From positions 49,066 through 69,065 of the forward strand of contig CAZWDO010000021.1 in NCBI GenBank assembly GCA_964632485.1: 20,000 nt of DNA, written 5' to 3'. The position numbers were made by a program, and so were the translations under genes. Positions 1-8,990 of this stretch are shown piece by piece. Position 1 is the stretch's first letter. Each line of letters starts with the position of its first letter. The DNA comes from an uncultured bacterium (GTDB lineage Bacteria; JAGOEH01). The notes below the pieces were generated by a model. The model was not told where the DNA came from and made no database searches. It saw nothing but the letters and a program-made list of their open reading frames with translations.

Positions 1-946
1 GGCCAAAGGAAAAGTTCTCCTGCGATTTCTTTTCCAAGAGGGAATTATAACCTCCCTGAATCAGAACAAAATCAAACAGATGGGCCTGTAAACCAAAATT
101 AAGGTATTCCGAATTATTGTTGGGCCGGACCGCATCGGTCAAAAATTCGAAGCGCATGATCTCTGAGCGATATAAATTGATCATGATGCCTGTCCGGAAA
201 ACCAGAGGCAGCGGCCAGGCATTGGTTTTCAATTTGGCAACCAGGTCTTCGTTGTTACCGCTATGCGTCGGGTCTAAATCGATTTTCCGATATAAATCCT
301 TGCCATCGAACTGGAGATCGGAGCCAAAATTAGAAATACTCATGGCAATCCGCATATCATTGAACTGAGTGATAAAGAGCAAACCCAAATCAACGGCAAA
401 GGCGCTGGCGTTGCAATGCCAGATACTCTGGCTGATATATTTAGCGGTGCCGCCGATGGAGAACCGATCGGTCAGACTACGGGCGTATGAAAGTCCAAAA
501 GCCATATCGGCGGCCTTCCATTTTTCGCCGGTGCCATAGGGATTGGCTAAGGTATTGACGTCTTCCTCTCCGTATCCGAGATGAGTGAAAGAAACGCCGA
601 TCACATCGCTGCCTGATAGTTTAAGGACCGTACCGACCCAATTGAGTTGAGTGCCGACCAACCAGTTGGACGTATAAAATCCGACTTGAGAATGTGTGAC
701 GCGGGCGATAGCGCCTGGATTCCAATAGAGGCCCTCAACGTTATCACAACCGGCGGTATAGGCATTACCCAACCCCATTGCTTTGGAACCGACGCCAATG
801 GTTAAAAAGGTTGCGCCCGCGGTACCCACATTGGTTTGCTGCGCATGAGATACCACGGATAATACGATAAGAAAAGCAAACATCAAAGTGATCAAACGAA
901 GTCGTATAGTTGATCCTTTACTTCTGTTTCGAATGGTTATACGCAT
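1..946 (-). CDS. PorV/PorQ-family (UPF0164-like) outer-membrane beta-barrel protein; 3' end lies beyond the window start
   Basis: Absent from the ORF track because there is no stop in the window. Both ends were translated by hand from the ATG at 946 (RBS GGAGGAG at 954-960). A hydrophobic signal peptide is followed by QQTNVGTAGATFLTIGVGSKAMGLGNAYTA...GLYWNPGAIA, the typical PorV/PorQ N-terminal signature. The same frame at the window edge reads DAVRPNNNSEYLNFG...IQGGYNSLL...FSFG. Confidence 0.85.
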   Translation of the reverse strand, partial: MRITIRNRSKGSTIRLRLITLMFAFLIVLSVVSHAQQTNVGTAGATFLTIGVGSKAMGLGNAYTAGCDNVEGLYWNPGAIARVTHSQVGFYTSNWLVGTQLNWVGTVLKLSGSDVIGVSFTHLGYGEEDVNTLANPYGTGEKWKAADMAFGLSYARSLTDRFSIGGTAKYISQSIWHCNASAFAVDLGLLFITQFNDMRIAMSISNFGSDLQFDGKDLYRKIDLDPTHSGNNEDLVAKLKTNAWPLPLVFRTGIMINLYRSEIMRFEFLTDAVRPNNNSEYLNFGLQAHLFDFVLIQGGYNSLLEKKSQENFSFG

Positions 947-966
947 AATAATTCTCCTCCCTGGCC

Positions 967-3900
967 TTACTTAATGATCGCGATTTTACCGCTTTTTTTA
1001 CCGGCCGCAGATTCGAGTACATAAAAATAAACACCGGCAGCCACATCAAGATTTTCTTTAGTTTTCAGATTCCAGGTAATAACGCCATCAAATACAGTTC
1101 CTGAATTGGTCAGTGTTATTAAATATTCGCCGGAATTAGTGAAAATATGAATCTTCCCATCGGAAGGTACATTGATAAAATCAATGCGTCGTTCACCTCG
1201 TCCGCTGCTGACGCCCGGAGGCAACGGCGCTTCATTTTCATGGGCAACGACGTAAGGATTGGGTACGACGCGAATATTGACCAATTGCTCTTTGGCCTGA
1301 GCGACTTCAACCGTAGGCACAGGAGTCGTAAAACGCAAGGTATCGCCCGAACGGAAGGGTTTATTCACTTTTAACTCCAGTTTATCTCCGGAACGGAATT
1401 GCCAAACCGTATCCGCTTGTCCCTGGGGCATGTCAAAATAGAGATACCAAACCCACATCGGCTCGCCTTTGCTATCTTTTTCAAATAGATAGAGTTCATC
1501 TCTGGGCGACAACAACCCATTAAAATTGATGCTATTGAAAGCAAAATCGATATAATGGTTATCCGTGGTATTTTTAATTTTGAAATTCACGGGAAATTCA
1601 AACGCGCCAAAAAAACTGGCGGAAGTATCGACAACGGTGTCATAAAACTCAATCTCATAATCCGCCGGCCACGGGATATTCTGGAAAACCTGGCCATCCA
1701 ATTCAAATTCCAGCGAACCGAAACTATATTGATAGGGACAAAGATTCGCCGAACTGCTTTGCCAGGAGGAAGAATCCCGATTCAGGGCAATCGTCCAATC
1801 ATTATCAAAAACCAATTCAACGCCGTCAAAAATATCGGCATCCAGATTTTCATCATCATAAGGACTATTTTTGATATGAGAGCTCTTCACCACCGGGTAA
1901 TAATAGTAATGGCAAACATACTTCATATTAATCTGCATCACGGAACTATTCAAAATCTGCAGACGCCCTTTGGGATAATCGATCTTATAGTTTTCGGCGG
2001 CAATTGTGTTCCCGTTCATATCGGTAATATAAAAGCCTTCGGTGGAAATATTTTTATCTGCCAGATAAATCACATCGCCGCGGACGGGAACAGTGAACTC
2101 TTCAACGATTTCATTTTCGTCAAAAATCCGATAAAAGGAGGTTACCGGAGCGATTTCCTGGGGATCGAGCCGGTCCAGATTCAGCTCACCCACATCCGGA
2201 ATACTATTCCCCTGAGTGCTATCATCATCGATATTCGCGATATTTCCATCAGAACCCACATCGTCGCTGAACGCGCTCCAATCTTTATCATTATCGACAC
2301 TATCCATGGAAGTATCCCAAAACTCAATGCGGTAAGTATGGCCAGTCAACGCGGTTTCATTGATAATCTGATAGCCTACGGCACCAGTAGCCGGACCATT
2401 TTCCAGCGTGGCCGTTTGCATGGCTGCGGGCCGAACATAACCGGCCGGACGAGGTTTTGGGGTGATAACTGCGGTATTGATATCCGTAACGATTTCGCCG
2501 GTATTTAAAATCGAAATAAACTTAGTATTTTCTGACGGAAAGATATCCTTAGAATTATCGCCCCGATCATACGCCACCAGAGCATAATAATAGCGCTTTC
2601 CATCCTGTACATCCGTATCGATATAACTATGCTTCAATCCGCTATTGGAACCTAAATTATAGGTGAATCCCCGAGTCTCATCATACAGATCATCACTGGC
2701 CTTAAAATAGCCGCTGACGAGATTATCGAGATCAAATTGAGCGAGGGATTTATACCCTTCCACCGTACCGTCGGCGTTAGTAATCACACGAATATCATTA
2801 AAATCCGGGTCCGTGGATTTATAGATTTTGTAGCCTTCAAAATCATTTTCCTTTAAAACCGGATCAATACTCAATTCCGCTTTGCGATCCCAATACAGGA
2901 TCACCCGGCCGCTATCGGCAATGGCGGTTAAAGTGGGTTTGTCGGGCGGTTGAGGAAAGCGGTAGTCGCTGTTATAGATTTTTTGAACGGTTGCCCGGTT
3001 TTTCATCAGGTCGTTTTGGTCATGACCATAGACCAGAGCTAATGAGATACGTTCGGTTTGTCCCGCGCGCAGCGGAAAATAACCTGAACTATACAGGAAA
3101 TCGCCATCCTCGCCGTATTGAGGGATTCCGTTTTGGATTGAGACCGGCACTTCGAAAAAACCGGGACGAAGCCGATACCAGAGTTCTTCATCGTCAGCCA
3201 GGTTAATATCATTGGAGGGTGTGAAATACTCAAAACTGGTCAATCCGATCTGATCCGATTCATCGACGTCGGTCTGGTCGAAATTGGGTTCCCCTGAAGT
3301 GGGAACTCCATCATTTTCGCCGATATCGAACGTGTTGGCTTTACCGTCAGCGCCGACGTCATCATATACCGAATTCCAATCCCCATCATTATCGATACCG
3401 TCGTTGCGTTTTTCATCAATAAGGGGGTCATTGACGCCGAGCCCTGTAATATAGTCTTTATAACGCAACGGATTAATCATATCAAAAAGGACATTGCCGA
3501 ACTGGTCTTTTTTAATTTGATGGTAATGCAGATAATAGTTTTCATCAATCAGCCCATCCAAATCATTATCGATGCCATCATAAGAATTGGTATTGGAAAC
3601 CATTTCTCCCTGAGGGTTGCGCACCAGATTACCTTCGGACAATTTAGTAATACCGGGTTTAATCAGGATCGATTTACCCCGGGTTGTAACAGTGGTATCA
3701 TAATTCGGCACGGTAATAACAGTGCGGTTAAAATCCTGCTCGATGAGGGCCATCAGCATACCGGCAATAATTAGAGTTGAATCGAAATCACTCTCAGTGA
3801 AGAGCGGGGCCAGAGAATTTTCCGCATCGCCATCATTGTCAATCCCATCATAGGCATTGCCGGGCGATTCGAGGAAAGCATATCCGACCATACCCACGGG

Positions 3901-4800
3901 ACCGATCCATTTCGGGTTACGGGAACAATTATTATCATAATCACCTGTCCACGTAATATCGTTGGTCACATCAAAAAAGGACCAGTCATCGTCATATTCG
4001 CGAAAATCGGCCGTTCCCGAGGTACCGACATAGGTTCCGACCAACATGCCGAAGGTTACTCGGTTATAGTCGTATTGGCTATGATTGGTAATTTCATAAA
4101 GCCAAAAAATACAATCAGAGGCCAGAAATTGGGCCCATTGCATTCCTCTGACCTTAACCTCCAATCCGAGGCCGTTACGCGAGAGATCATCCGGACTGGG
4201 CTTATAATTAACATTCCATCGATTATTTGTTGCATAATTGAATTCTTCATCGCTGTTATCATCCATAACAAAATAGGATTCCTGGTCGGCGTTCATCACG
4301 TCTTTACCAAAAAAACCATTCCAGGTTCCGGTCCAGCCGGGGTCTTCGTTATCTGACATTTTATCGGGCCAATAAGGGGGCCATGAGGTTCGATCGGTGC
4401 TGATCGACGGAATATCGCTGTTTTCATTGAAATATCCGGAAACCGGCTCAAATCCCCAAGCGATTCCCTGCGGCGACTCTTCCCGCCGTTTAGTGGGGCG
4501 ATCGACAGGACTCACGACCACAGAATGAAAAGTGAGAGTATCAATCACAACCTCTGCGCCGACCATAAGGCTGACATCGCCGACATAGCCGTTATTATCG
4601 TTGATCCAGGCGCCGCGAGGCCCTTTGTCCGCCGGCTGGCCAATCACTCCCCAGTTGCCGTAAACCGATCGCACCAGATTGCCATTCATGATGCCGGAAC
4701 GGCGGAACTCCTTACCGCTCTGCTGTTGGCTTCTGCTGACGACCGGGTATATGAAAAAAATTACCAGGAAACCGATCCATATCCATTTCGATTGATGCAT
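967..4800 (-). CDS. Large secreted protein (about 1277 aa) with acidic DxxDNDxD Ca-binding-like repeats, an FN3-like segment and a C-terminal T9SS-like/FlgD-Ig sorting domain; function unknown
   Basis: The true start is probably ATG 4800 (AGGAG at 4806-4810, signal peptide MHQSKWIWIGFLVIFFIYPVVSRSQ). The track start at 4986 overlaps the receptor gene. Motifs seen: repeated DGIDND, FN3-like PPDKPTLTA...VILYWD...FEGYKIYKS...YYYALVAYD, and tail VVPNPY...IHIFTNSGE...WNL...GVYFY...KIAIIK. Confidence 0.8.
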   Translation of the reverse strand: MHQSKWIWIGFLVIFFIYPVVSRSQQQSGKEFRRSGIMNGNLVRSVYGNWGVIGQPADKGPRGAWINDNNGYVGDVSLMVGAEVVIDTLTFHSVVVSPVDRPTKRREESPQGIAWGFEPVSGYFNENSDIPSISTDRTSWPPYWPDKMSDNEDPGWTGTWNGFFGKDVMNADQESYFVMDDNSDEEFNYATNNRWNVNYKPSPDDLSRNGLGLEVKVRGMQWAQFLASDCIFWLYEITNHSQYDYNRVTFGMLVGTYVGTSGTADFREYDDDWSFFDVTNDITWTGDYDNNCSRNPKWIGPVGMVGYAFLESPGNAYDGIDNDGDAENSLAPLFTESDFDSTLIIAGMLMALIEQDFNRTVITVPNYDTTVTTRGKSILIKPGITKLSEGNLVRNPQGEMVSNTNSYDGIDNDLDGLIDENYYLHYHQIKKDQFGNVLFDMINPLRYKDYITGLGVNDPLIDEKRNDGIDNDGDWNSVYDDVGADGKANTFDIGENDGVPTSGEPNFDQTDVDESDQIGLTSFEYFTPSNDINLADDEELWYRLRPGFFEVPVSIQNGIPQYGEDGDFLYSSGYFPLRAGQTERISLALVYGHDQNDLMKNRATVQKIYNSDYRFPQPPDKPTLTAIADSGRVILYWDRKAELSIDPVLKENDFEGYKIYKSTDPDFNDIRVITNADGTVEGYKSLAQFDLDNLVSGYFKASDDLYDETRGFTYNLGSNSGLKHSYIDTDVQDGKRYYYALVAYDRGDNSKDIFPSENTKFISILNTGEIVTDINTAVITPKPRPAGYVRPAAMQTATLENGPATGAVGYQIINETALTGHTYRIEFWDTSMDSVDNDKDWSAFSDDVGSDGNIANIDDDSTQGNSIPDVGELNLDRLDPQEIAPVTSFYRIFDENEIVEEFTVPVRGDVIYLADKNISTEGFYITDMNGNTIAAENYKIDYPKGRLQILNSSVMQINMKYVCHYYYYPVVKSSHIKNSPYDDENLDADIFDGVELVFDNDWTIALNRDSSSWQSSSANLCPYQYSFGSLEFELDGQVFQNIPWPADYEIEFYDTVVDTSASFFGAFEFPVNFKIKNTTDNHYIDFAFNSINFNGLLSPRDELYLFEKDSKGEPMWVWYLYFDMPQGQADTVWQFRSGDKLELKVNKPFRSGDTLRFTTPVPTVEVAQAKEQLVNIRVVPNPYVVAHENEAPLPPGVSSGRGERRIDFINVPSDGKIHIFTNSGEYLITLTNSGTVFDGVITWNLKTKENLDVAAGVYFYVLESAAGKKSGKIAIIK

Positions 4801-4822
4801 AGCTGCTCCTATTGATAAAACG

Positions 4823-7633
4823 TTAAAAATCGACCTGAACGCCCAATTCAATACGGCGCGGTTCCGAATAATGAGACGGATTCCAGTAATACTCTTCAAT
4901 CGTATTGACAAATTCCGGCCAACCCGTTTTCTTTGCCTGTAAAATATCAGTAGTATATCCGGCGCGGCCGGTATCGTCAAAGACATTGACCTCGTTCAAA
5001 TTATCAAGTACGTTATAAATTTTAAGAAACCAATCGAAACGGAAATTTGAGATAGCCATACGATAATAAAATCGCGCATCCAGATTGTAAGTAAAGGGTT
5101 TTCGTTGGGTGTTTGTCAGCAATTCAGAGATATCGGTGCTCTTACGGGGAGTATAGGGCTGGCCGCTGCCATAATTGCCAATCAGACTGCCTCCCCATTT
5201 TTTAGCGCTGTAATTGACGTTGAAATTAACCGTATGCCGCTGATCCCAATTCAAATAAACAAATTGTACTTCCGGAAGCGAGCCGCTGGTAATTGCATTA
5301 CGCATTTGTTGCGGATCGGAAGCGCTTCCCTTGACAATTTGATAAGTATAGTTCACCGAAGCCGATAAACCCTCATCGAAACGTTTATATAATGAAAGGA
5401 TAAAACCCTTGGCAAAGGCGAAATCGCTGTTGATCAGTTTACTGTAACGGGCGGAACCGCCAAAAATCGAAATCTCCTGGCTGCTGGTACCTNNNNNNNN
5501 NNTACCTACCAGATTACGAATATCACGAAAAAAAACAGTGGCGTCTAATGAAATATCGCTGCCAATCTGTTGTTGCAAACCCAATTCCCCGCTCACGGTT
5601 TTTTCAGGTTTTAAATCGGTATTGCCGATAGTGCCGATGTTTCCCGTTCCGGAACTCAACTCGAATTCAGGATTCTGATATAAATATTCAAAGCGGGGGA
5701 TCTGGAAAAAATGGCCATAGGAAAAATGGAAAACGCCCTGATCGGAAATGGGGAAAGAAGCGCCCAATCGGGGGCTCAACTGCAATTTTGATGACGCATC
5801 CTGATACCAGTAAGCTTGACGTTCAGCTAAGGTTACTTCGGTTTCACCGCTGTCCCAGACGCCATTCAGATTCGTATCGTTATAGCGGTTTTCCGGTCGT
5901 ATGGGATTATAGATTTGAGGATCGCTTTCATCGGTTAAAATCTTACCGTCGGGATTAAAATAATCAACACGCAATCCGATATTGACAATCAATTCCAGAA
6001 ATTCAAGTTTGCTTTGCAAATAACCGGCCATCTCCTGCGGTTTATGGGTGTAGGTGGAATGATAGGGAGTGCTGACATCCAGGATACGGGTTTCGATAAA
6101 GGGAGAATCATCCATGGTGATATCAGTTTGGCTTTCGATGGGACGAAGAGTGATATCCTCGAAGTAGATATCATGCGCTTTAAATTCCAGTCCCGATTTC
6201 AGCATGATATTCTTCGTCATTTGACTGGTAAAATCGATTTTTCCCAGAAAAGTTTTCGTTTCCCGTTCAAAACGTTGATTGTCCGTACCCCCGGTATGAA
6301 AACTAAAAGGATAATTTTGCAGCAGATAGGGATGAACATAACGGGAATCGTGAGGATCTTCATAAAGATAGCGTTTATAAGACTTGGTGTAATAGGACCC
6401 GCTGGCTTCCATAAAGGTGGTGGGGGTGAAGGTATAATTCATTCTCAGGATGTTAACCAATCCCCGTTCAAAATGAGTAGCCTGGCCACCGGGGACCCAA
6501 ACATATTCCCGATCAAATTTTTTCATGGAAACATCATCGAAAATCATATTATAAGAGAGCTTGAAATTGCCGGAAAGCTTATAGACCAATTTGCCCTGGA
6601 AATACCATTTATCGCTGTTATTCATCGAAACATAATCGCCGTTGCCAATAGCCGAAGAATCAAAATACAAATTAAACTCGCCCAGGGAATCGACATACGG
6701 AAAGTTTTCCGGGTTAAAACGTTCCTTGCCGTTAATCCATCCGCCGAAATCAATATGTCGGACATTCAGGAAATAGCCCAATTTGTTGTGAAGGATGGGA
6801 CCGTTCAGACTTAATTCAATATTATTGATGGCAAGGGGATTAAATTTATTGATATTCAAAAATTTAGAATCTTTGTTACTCAGATAGTCACCGGCATAGA
6901 GACTGACGGAACCGCCGATTTTATCCACGGATTCCTTGGTAGTAATATTGACGATACCGCTCATGGCCTGGCCATATTCAGCGTTGAAGGTACCACTTAG
7001 AACCTGGAGTTCCTGTACCATATCTTTAGCGACTTCCACGACGCGGGTGCCGTCATAGAGATCGGTAACGGGCACACCGTCGATCATATAAGAGACCTCG
7101 CCCGCGCGGCCGCCCCGAAGATGGCCGTCCACCATGCCTGCCTGAAGTTCGACAACTTCCGAAATTTCGGAAACAGGCATCATGGCGATATCATCGCCGC
7201 CGACCACGCTGGTCGTAGCCGTCAGATCTTTGCGGATCATCTCTTTTTGGGCGACGACCACGATTTCCTGGCCGATATCGAGCGATGTTTCACTCAGAGC
7301 CACATCCAGCCGTTTGGTAAAATTACTGGAAACCGACACATTTTTCATAACTTGCGTATCGTACCCGATCATAAAAATTTTAATCACATAAGTTGCGGGC
7401 GATACATTGTTAATCATAAATTCACCGTCGAAATCAGTGGCGGCGCCCAGTTTTTCGGCAATATCAACTTCGACGCCGTCGAAATTCATCGCGTCCACTA
7501 CGACATTGGCTCCAATCAACGGTTCCCCCGTTGTCGCATCAATTATGCGCCCGGTAATTTTCCCGGTATTGGCGCTAAGATAAAGAGTCCATCCAAACAC
7601 TAAAAACAACAAAAACAAATGACGACATTTCAT
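4823..7633 (-). CDS. TonB-dependent receptor with N-terminal carboxypeptidase-regulatory-like domain
   Basis: Signal peptide; TGKITGRIIDATTGEPLIGANVVV domain; plug motifs HLRGGRAGEVSYMIDGVPV and VLSGTFNAEYGQAMSGIVNITTK; barrel motifs LSPRLGASFP, FHFSYGHFFQIP and GNTDLKPEKT; C-terminal PRRIELGVQVDF ending in Phe. RBS AGGAGG lies just upstream. Contains a 10-N scaffold gap. Confidence 0.95.
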   Translation of the reverse strand: MKCRHLFLLFLVFGWTLYLSANTGKITGRIIDATTGEPLIGANVVVDAMNFDGVEVDIAEKLGAATDFDGEFMINNVSPATYVIKIFMIGYDTQVMKNVSVSSNFTKRLDVALSETSLDIGQEIVVVAQKEMIRKDLTATTSVVGGDDIAMMPVSEISEVVELQAGMVDGHLRGGRAGEVSYMIDGVPVTDLYDGTRVVEVAKDMVQELQVLSGTFNAEYGQAMSGIVNITTKESVDKIGGSVSLYAGDYLSNKDSKFLNINKFNPLAINNIELSLNGPILHNKLGYFLNVRHIDFGGWINGKERFNPENFPYVDSLGEFNLYFDSSAIGNGDYVSMNNSDKWYFQGKLVYKLSGNFKLSYNMIFDDVSMKKFDREYVWVPGGQATHFERGLVNILRMNYTFTPTTFMEASGSYYTKSYKRYLYEDPHDSRYVHPYLLQNYPFSFHTGGTDNQRFERETKTFLGKIDFTSQMTKNIMLKSGLEFKAHDIYFEDITLRPIESQTDITMDDSPFIETRILDVSTPYHSTYTHKPQEMAGYLQSKLEFLELIVNIGLRVDYFNPDGKILTDESDPQIYNPIRPENRYNDTNLNGVWDSGETEVTLAERQAYWYQDASSKLQLSPRLGASFPISDQGVFHFSYGHFFQIPRFEYLYQNPEFELSSGTGNIGTIGNTDLKPEKTVSGELGLQQQIGSDISLDATVFFRDIRNLVGXXXXGTSSQEISIFGGSARYSKLINSDFAFAKGFILSLYKRFDEGLSASVNYTYQIVKGSASDPQQMRNAITSGSLPEVQFVYLNWDQRHTVNFNVNYSAKKWGGSLIGNYGSGQPYTPRKSTDISELLTNTQRKPFTYNLDARFYYRMAISNFRFDWFLKIYNVLDNLNEVNVFDDTGRAGYTTDILQAKKTGWPEFVNTIEEYYWNPSHYSEPRRIELGVQVDF
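5493..5502. other. Assembly/scaffold gap (10 N), probably hiding a 5-bp overlap
   Basis: TACCT occurs on both sides of the gap. Collapsing the gap plus the duplicate removes 15 nt, keeps the frame and gives RNLVGTSSQEI. Confidence 0.8.
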
Positions 7634-7654
7634 TGGCCCTCCTGATGCTGGCGT

Positions 7655-8674
7655 TCACGCAATTGATTGCGTCGAATCGCGAATAATCAATTCGGTTTGA
7701 TTAAAAATTCGTTGATAAACTTTTTGATTGCCACTCAAAATGGAGTGTAACAGAGCGGATGCCGACCGGCCCAATTGAGACACATGCTGACTGATCGTCG
7801 TTAAACGCGGATAGACCATAGTCGAAAGCATAATGTCATCAAAACCGACAATAGAAAAATCCTGTGGAATTTTCAAGCCGTAACTCATTAAACCGTTCAT
7901 ACATCCGATAGCCATCATATCACTGCAGCAGAATAAGGCAGTAATACTGCGGTGTTTTTTCCACCATTCAAACACAAAGCGCTGACAAAAAAAAGGATCA
8001 TAATCCCCTTTGAACACATATTGGGGCAAAAAAGGGAGCCCGGCTTCCTTTAGCGCCTCACGATAACCGGCCAGCCGTTCCTCGGAATCGTATTGGTTTT
8101 CATACCCGGTTACAATGCCGATATGGCGGTGACCCATCTCAATCAAATGACGCGTGGCGATAAAACCCCCTTTACGATTTTCACAATTCACTAAATGAAC
8201 CGTATCGATATCCAGATGATCCCCGACCAAGATGACGGGAAGGCGTTTGGAAACATGATGCAATTCAGCATATAAAAGGGAATCGGTTTGACGTCCCAGC
8301 AAAAGAATGCCTTCAACTCGCTTATTGATTAAAAATTTCAGCAGCTCGGCTCCATTCTTTTCGCTGCCGGATACAGCGCCAATGATGACATGATAGTCCT
8401 CATTGGTAAAAAAATCGATAATCGAAGCGATCAATTCATTAAAAAAAGGCGAACGAATGTCATGGACAATGAGGCCAACCGTAAAGGATTTCCGTTTTTT
8501 AAGGGATTGGGCAAACATATCAGGCACATAGTTGAGTTGTTGGATTACCTGATGGATTTTATCGCGGGTTTCCGTCCGCACATTGCCGCGTTCATTCAAA
8601 ACACGGGAAACAGTAGCAACGGAGACTTTGGCTAACGCCGCGATATCATAGATTGTCACTTTCTTGGTCTTCAC
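7655..8674 (-). CDS. LacI/GalR-family transcriptional regulator
   Basis: N-terminal HTH VTIYDIAALAKVSVATVSRVLN, hinge YVPDMFAQSL, and sugar-binding domain motifs IPQDFSIVGFDD, PRLTTISQ and LIIRDST. GTG start. Confidence 0.96.
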   Translation of the reverse strand: MKTKKVTIYDIAALAKVSVATVSRVLNERGNVRTETRDKIHQVIQQLNYVPDMFAQSLKKRKSFTVGLIVHDIRSPFFNELIASIIDFFTNEDYHVIIGAVSGSEKNGAELLKFLINKRVEGILLLGRQTDSLLYAELHHVSKRLPVILVGDHLDIDTVHLVNCENRKGGFIATRHLIEMGHRHIGIVTGYENQYDSEERLAGYREALKEAGLPFLPQYVFKGDYDPFFCQRFVFEWWKKHRSITALFCCSDMMAIGCMNGLMSYGLKIPQDFSIVGFDDIMLSTMVYPRLTTISQHVSQLGRSASALLHSILSGNQKVYQRIFNQTELIIRDSTQSIA

Positions 8675-8697
8675 ATATCCCTTCTTCCTCAGATTTG

Positions 8698-8711
8698 TGA
8701 AATCGGTTTCA
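8698..8711. promoter_or_regulatory. LacI-family operator (autoregulatory), TGAAATCGGTTTCA
   Basis: Near-perfect palindrome TGAAA-n-CG-n-TTTCA with the central CG typical of LacI boxes. It lies between the predicted -10 and the lacI start codon. Confidence 0.8.
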
Positions 8712-8718
8712 TACCACT

Positions 8719-8746
8719 AATATAAAAATTTTTTTTTCCCTGTCAA
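8719..8746 (-). promoter_or_regulatory. Sigma70-like promoter for the lacI-TBDR-large protein-porV operon
   Basis: Minus strand TTGACA (8746-8741), 16-bp spacer, TATATT (8724-8719), with A-rich tracts upstream. Confidence 0.7.
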
Positions 8747-8990
8747 GTCTTTTTTTTAATTTTTTTGCTTTTTTGTATGGCTTATCGTACAGCTCTCTCC
8801 CCCAGCAAATTAACAATCAACTACTTAAGCGCCTGAAGAACAGGTTCTTAAGGAATTTCAAACTGTGTTTCGTATCATCAAATCAGAAGCGGTAATCCGG
8901 AATCGATGATGATTACGAATTGGCTTACATTGTATAAGTTTAAATTAACAGGATTTGCCCAGAACAGCGCTACCCTATCGGCCAGGATAA

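Noticed and set aside
4801..4986. 62-aa N-terminal extension of the 1339-aa ORF overlapping the receptor gene
   Set aside because: The RBS and signal peptide fit ATG 4800. The extension is an alternative frame of the receptor's 3' end.
5488..5507. Apparent insertion with a 5-bp target-site duplication in the receptor gene
   Set aside because: The insert is all N. A scaffolding gap with overlapping contig ends explains it, and the frame is preserved.
8824..8852. Imperfect hairpin CTTAAG..CCTG-AAGAA-CAGG..CTTAAG between pfkB and lacI
   Set aside because: Weak, interrupted stem with no clear U tract; insufficient for a terminator or ncRNA call.
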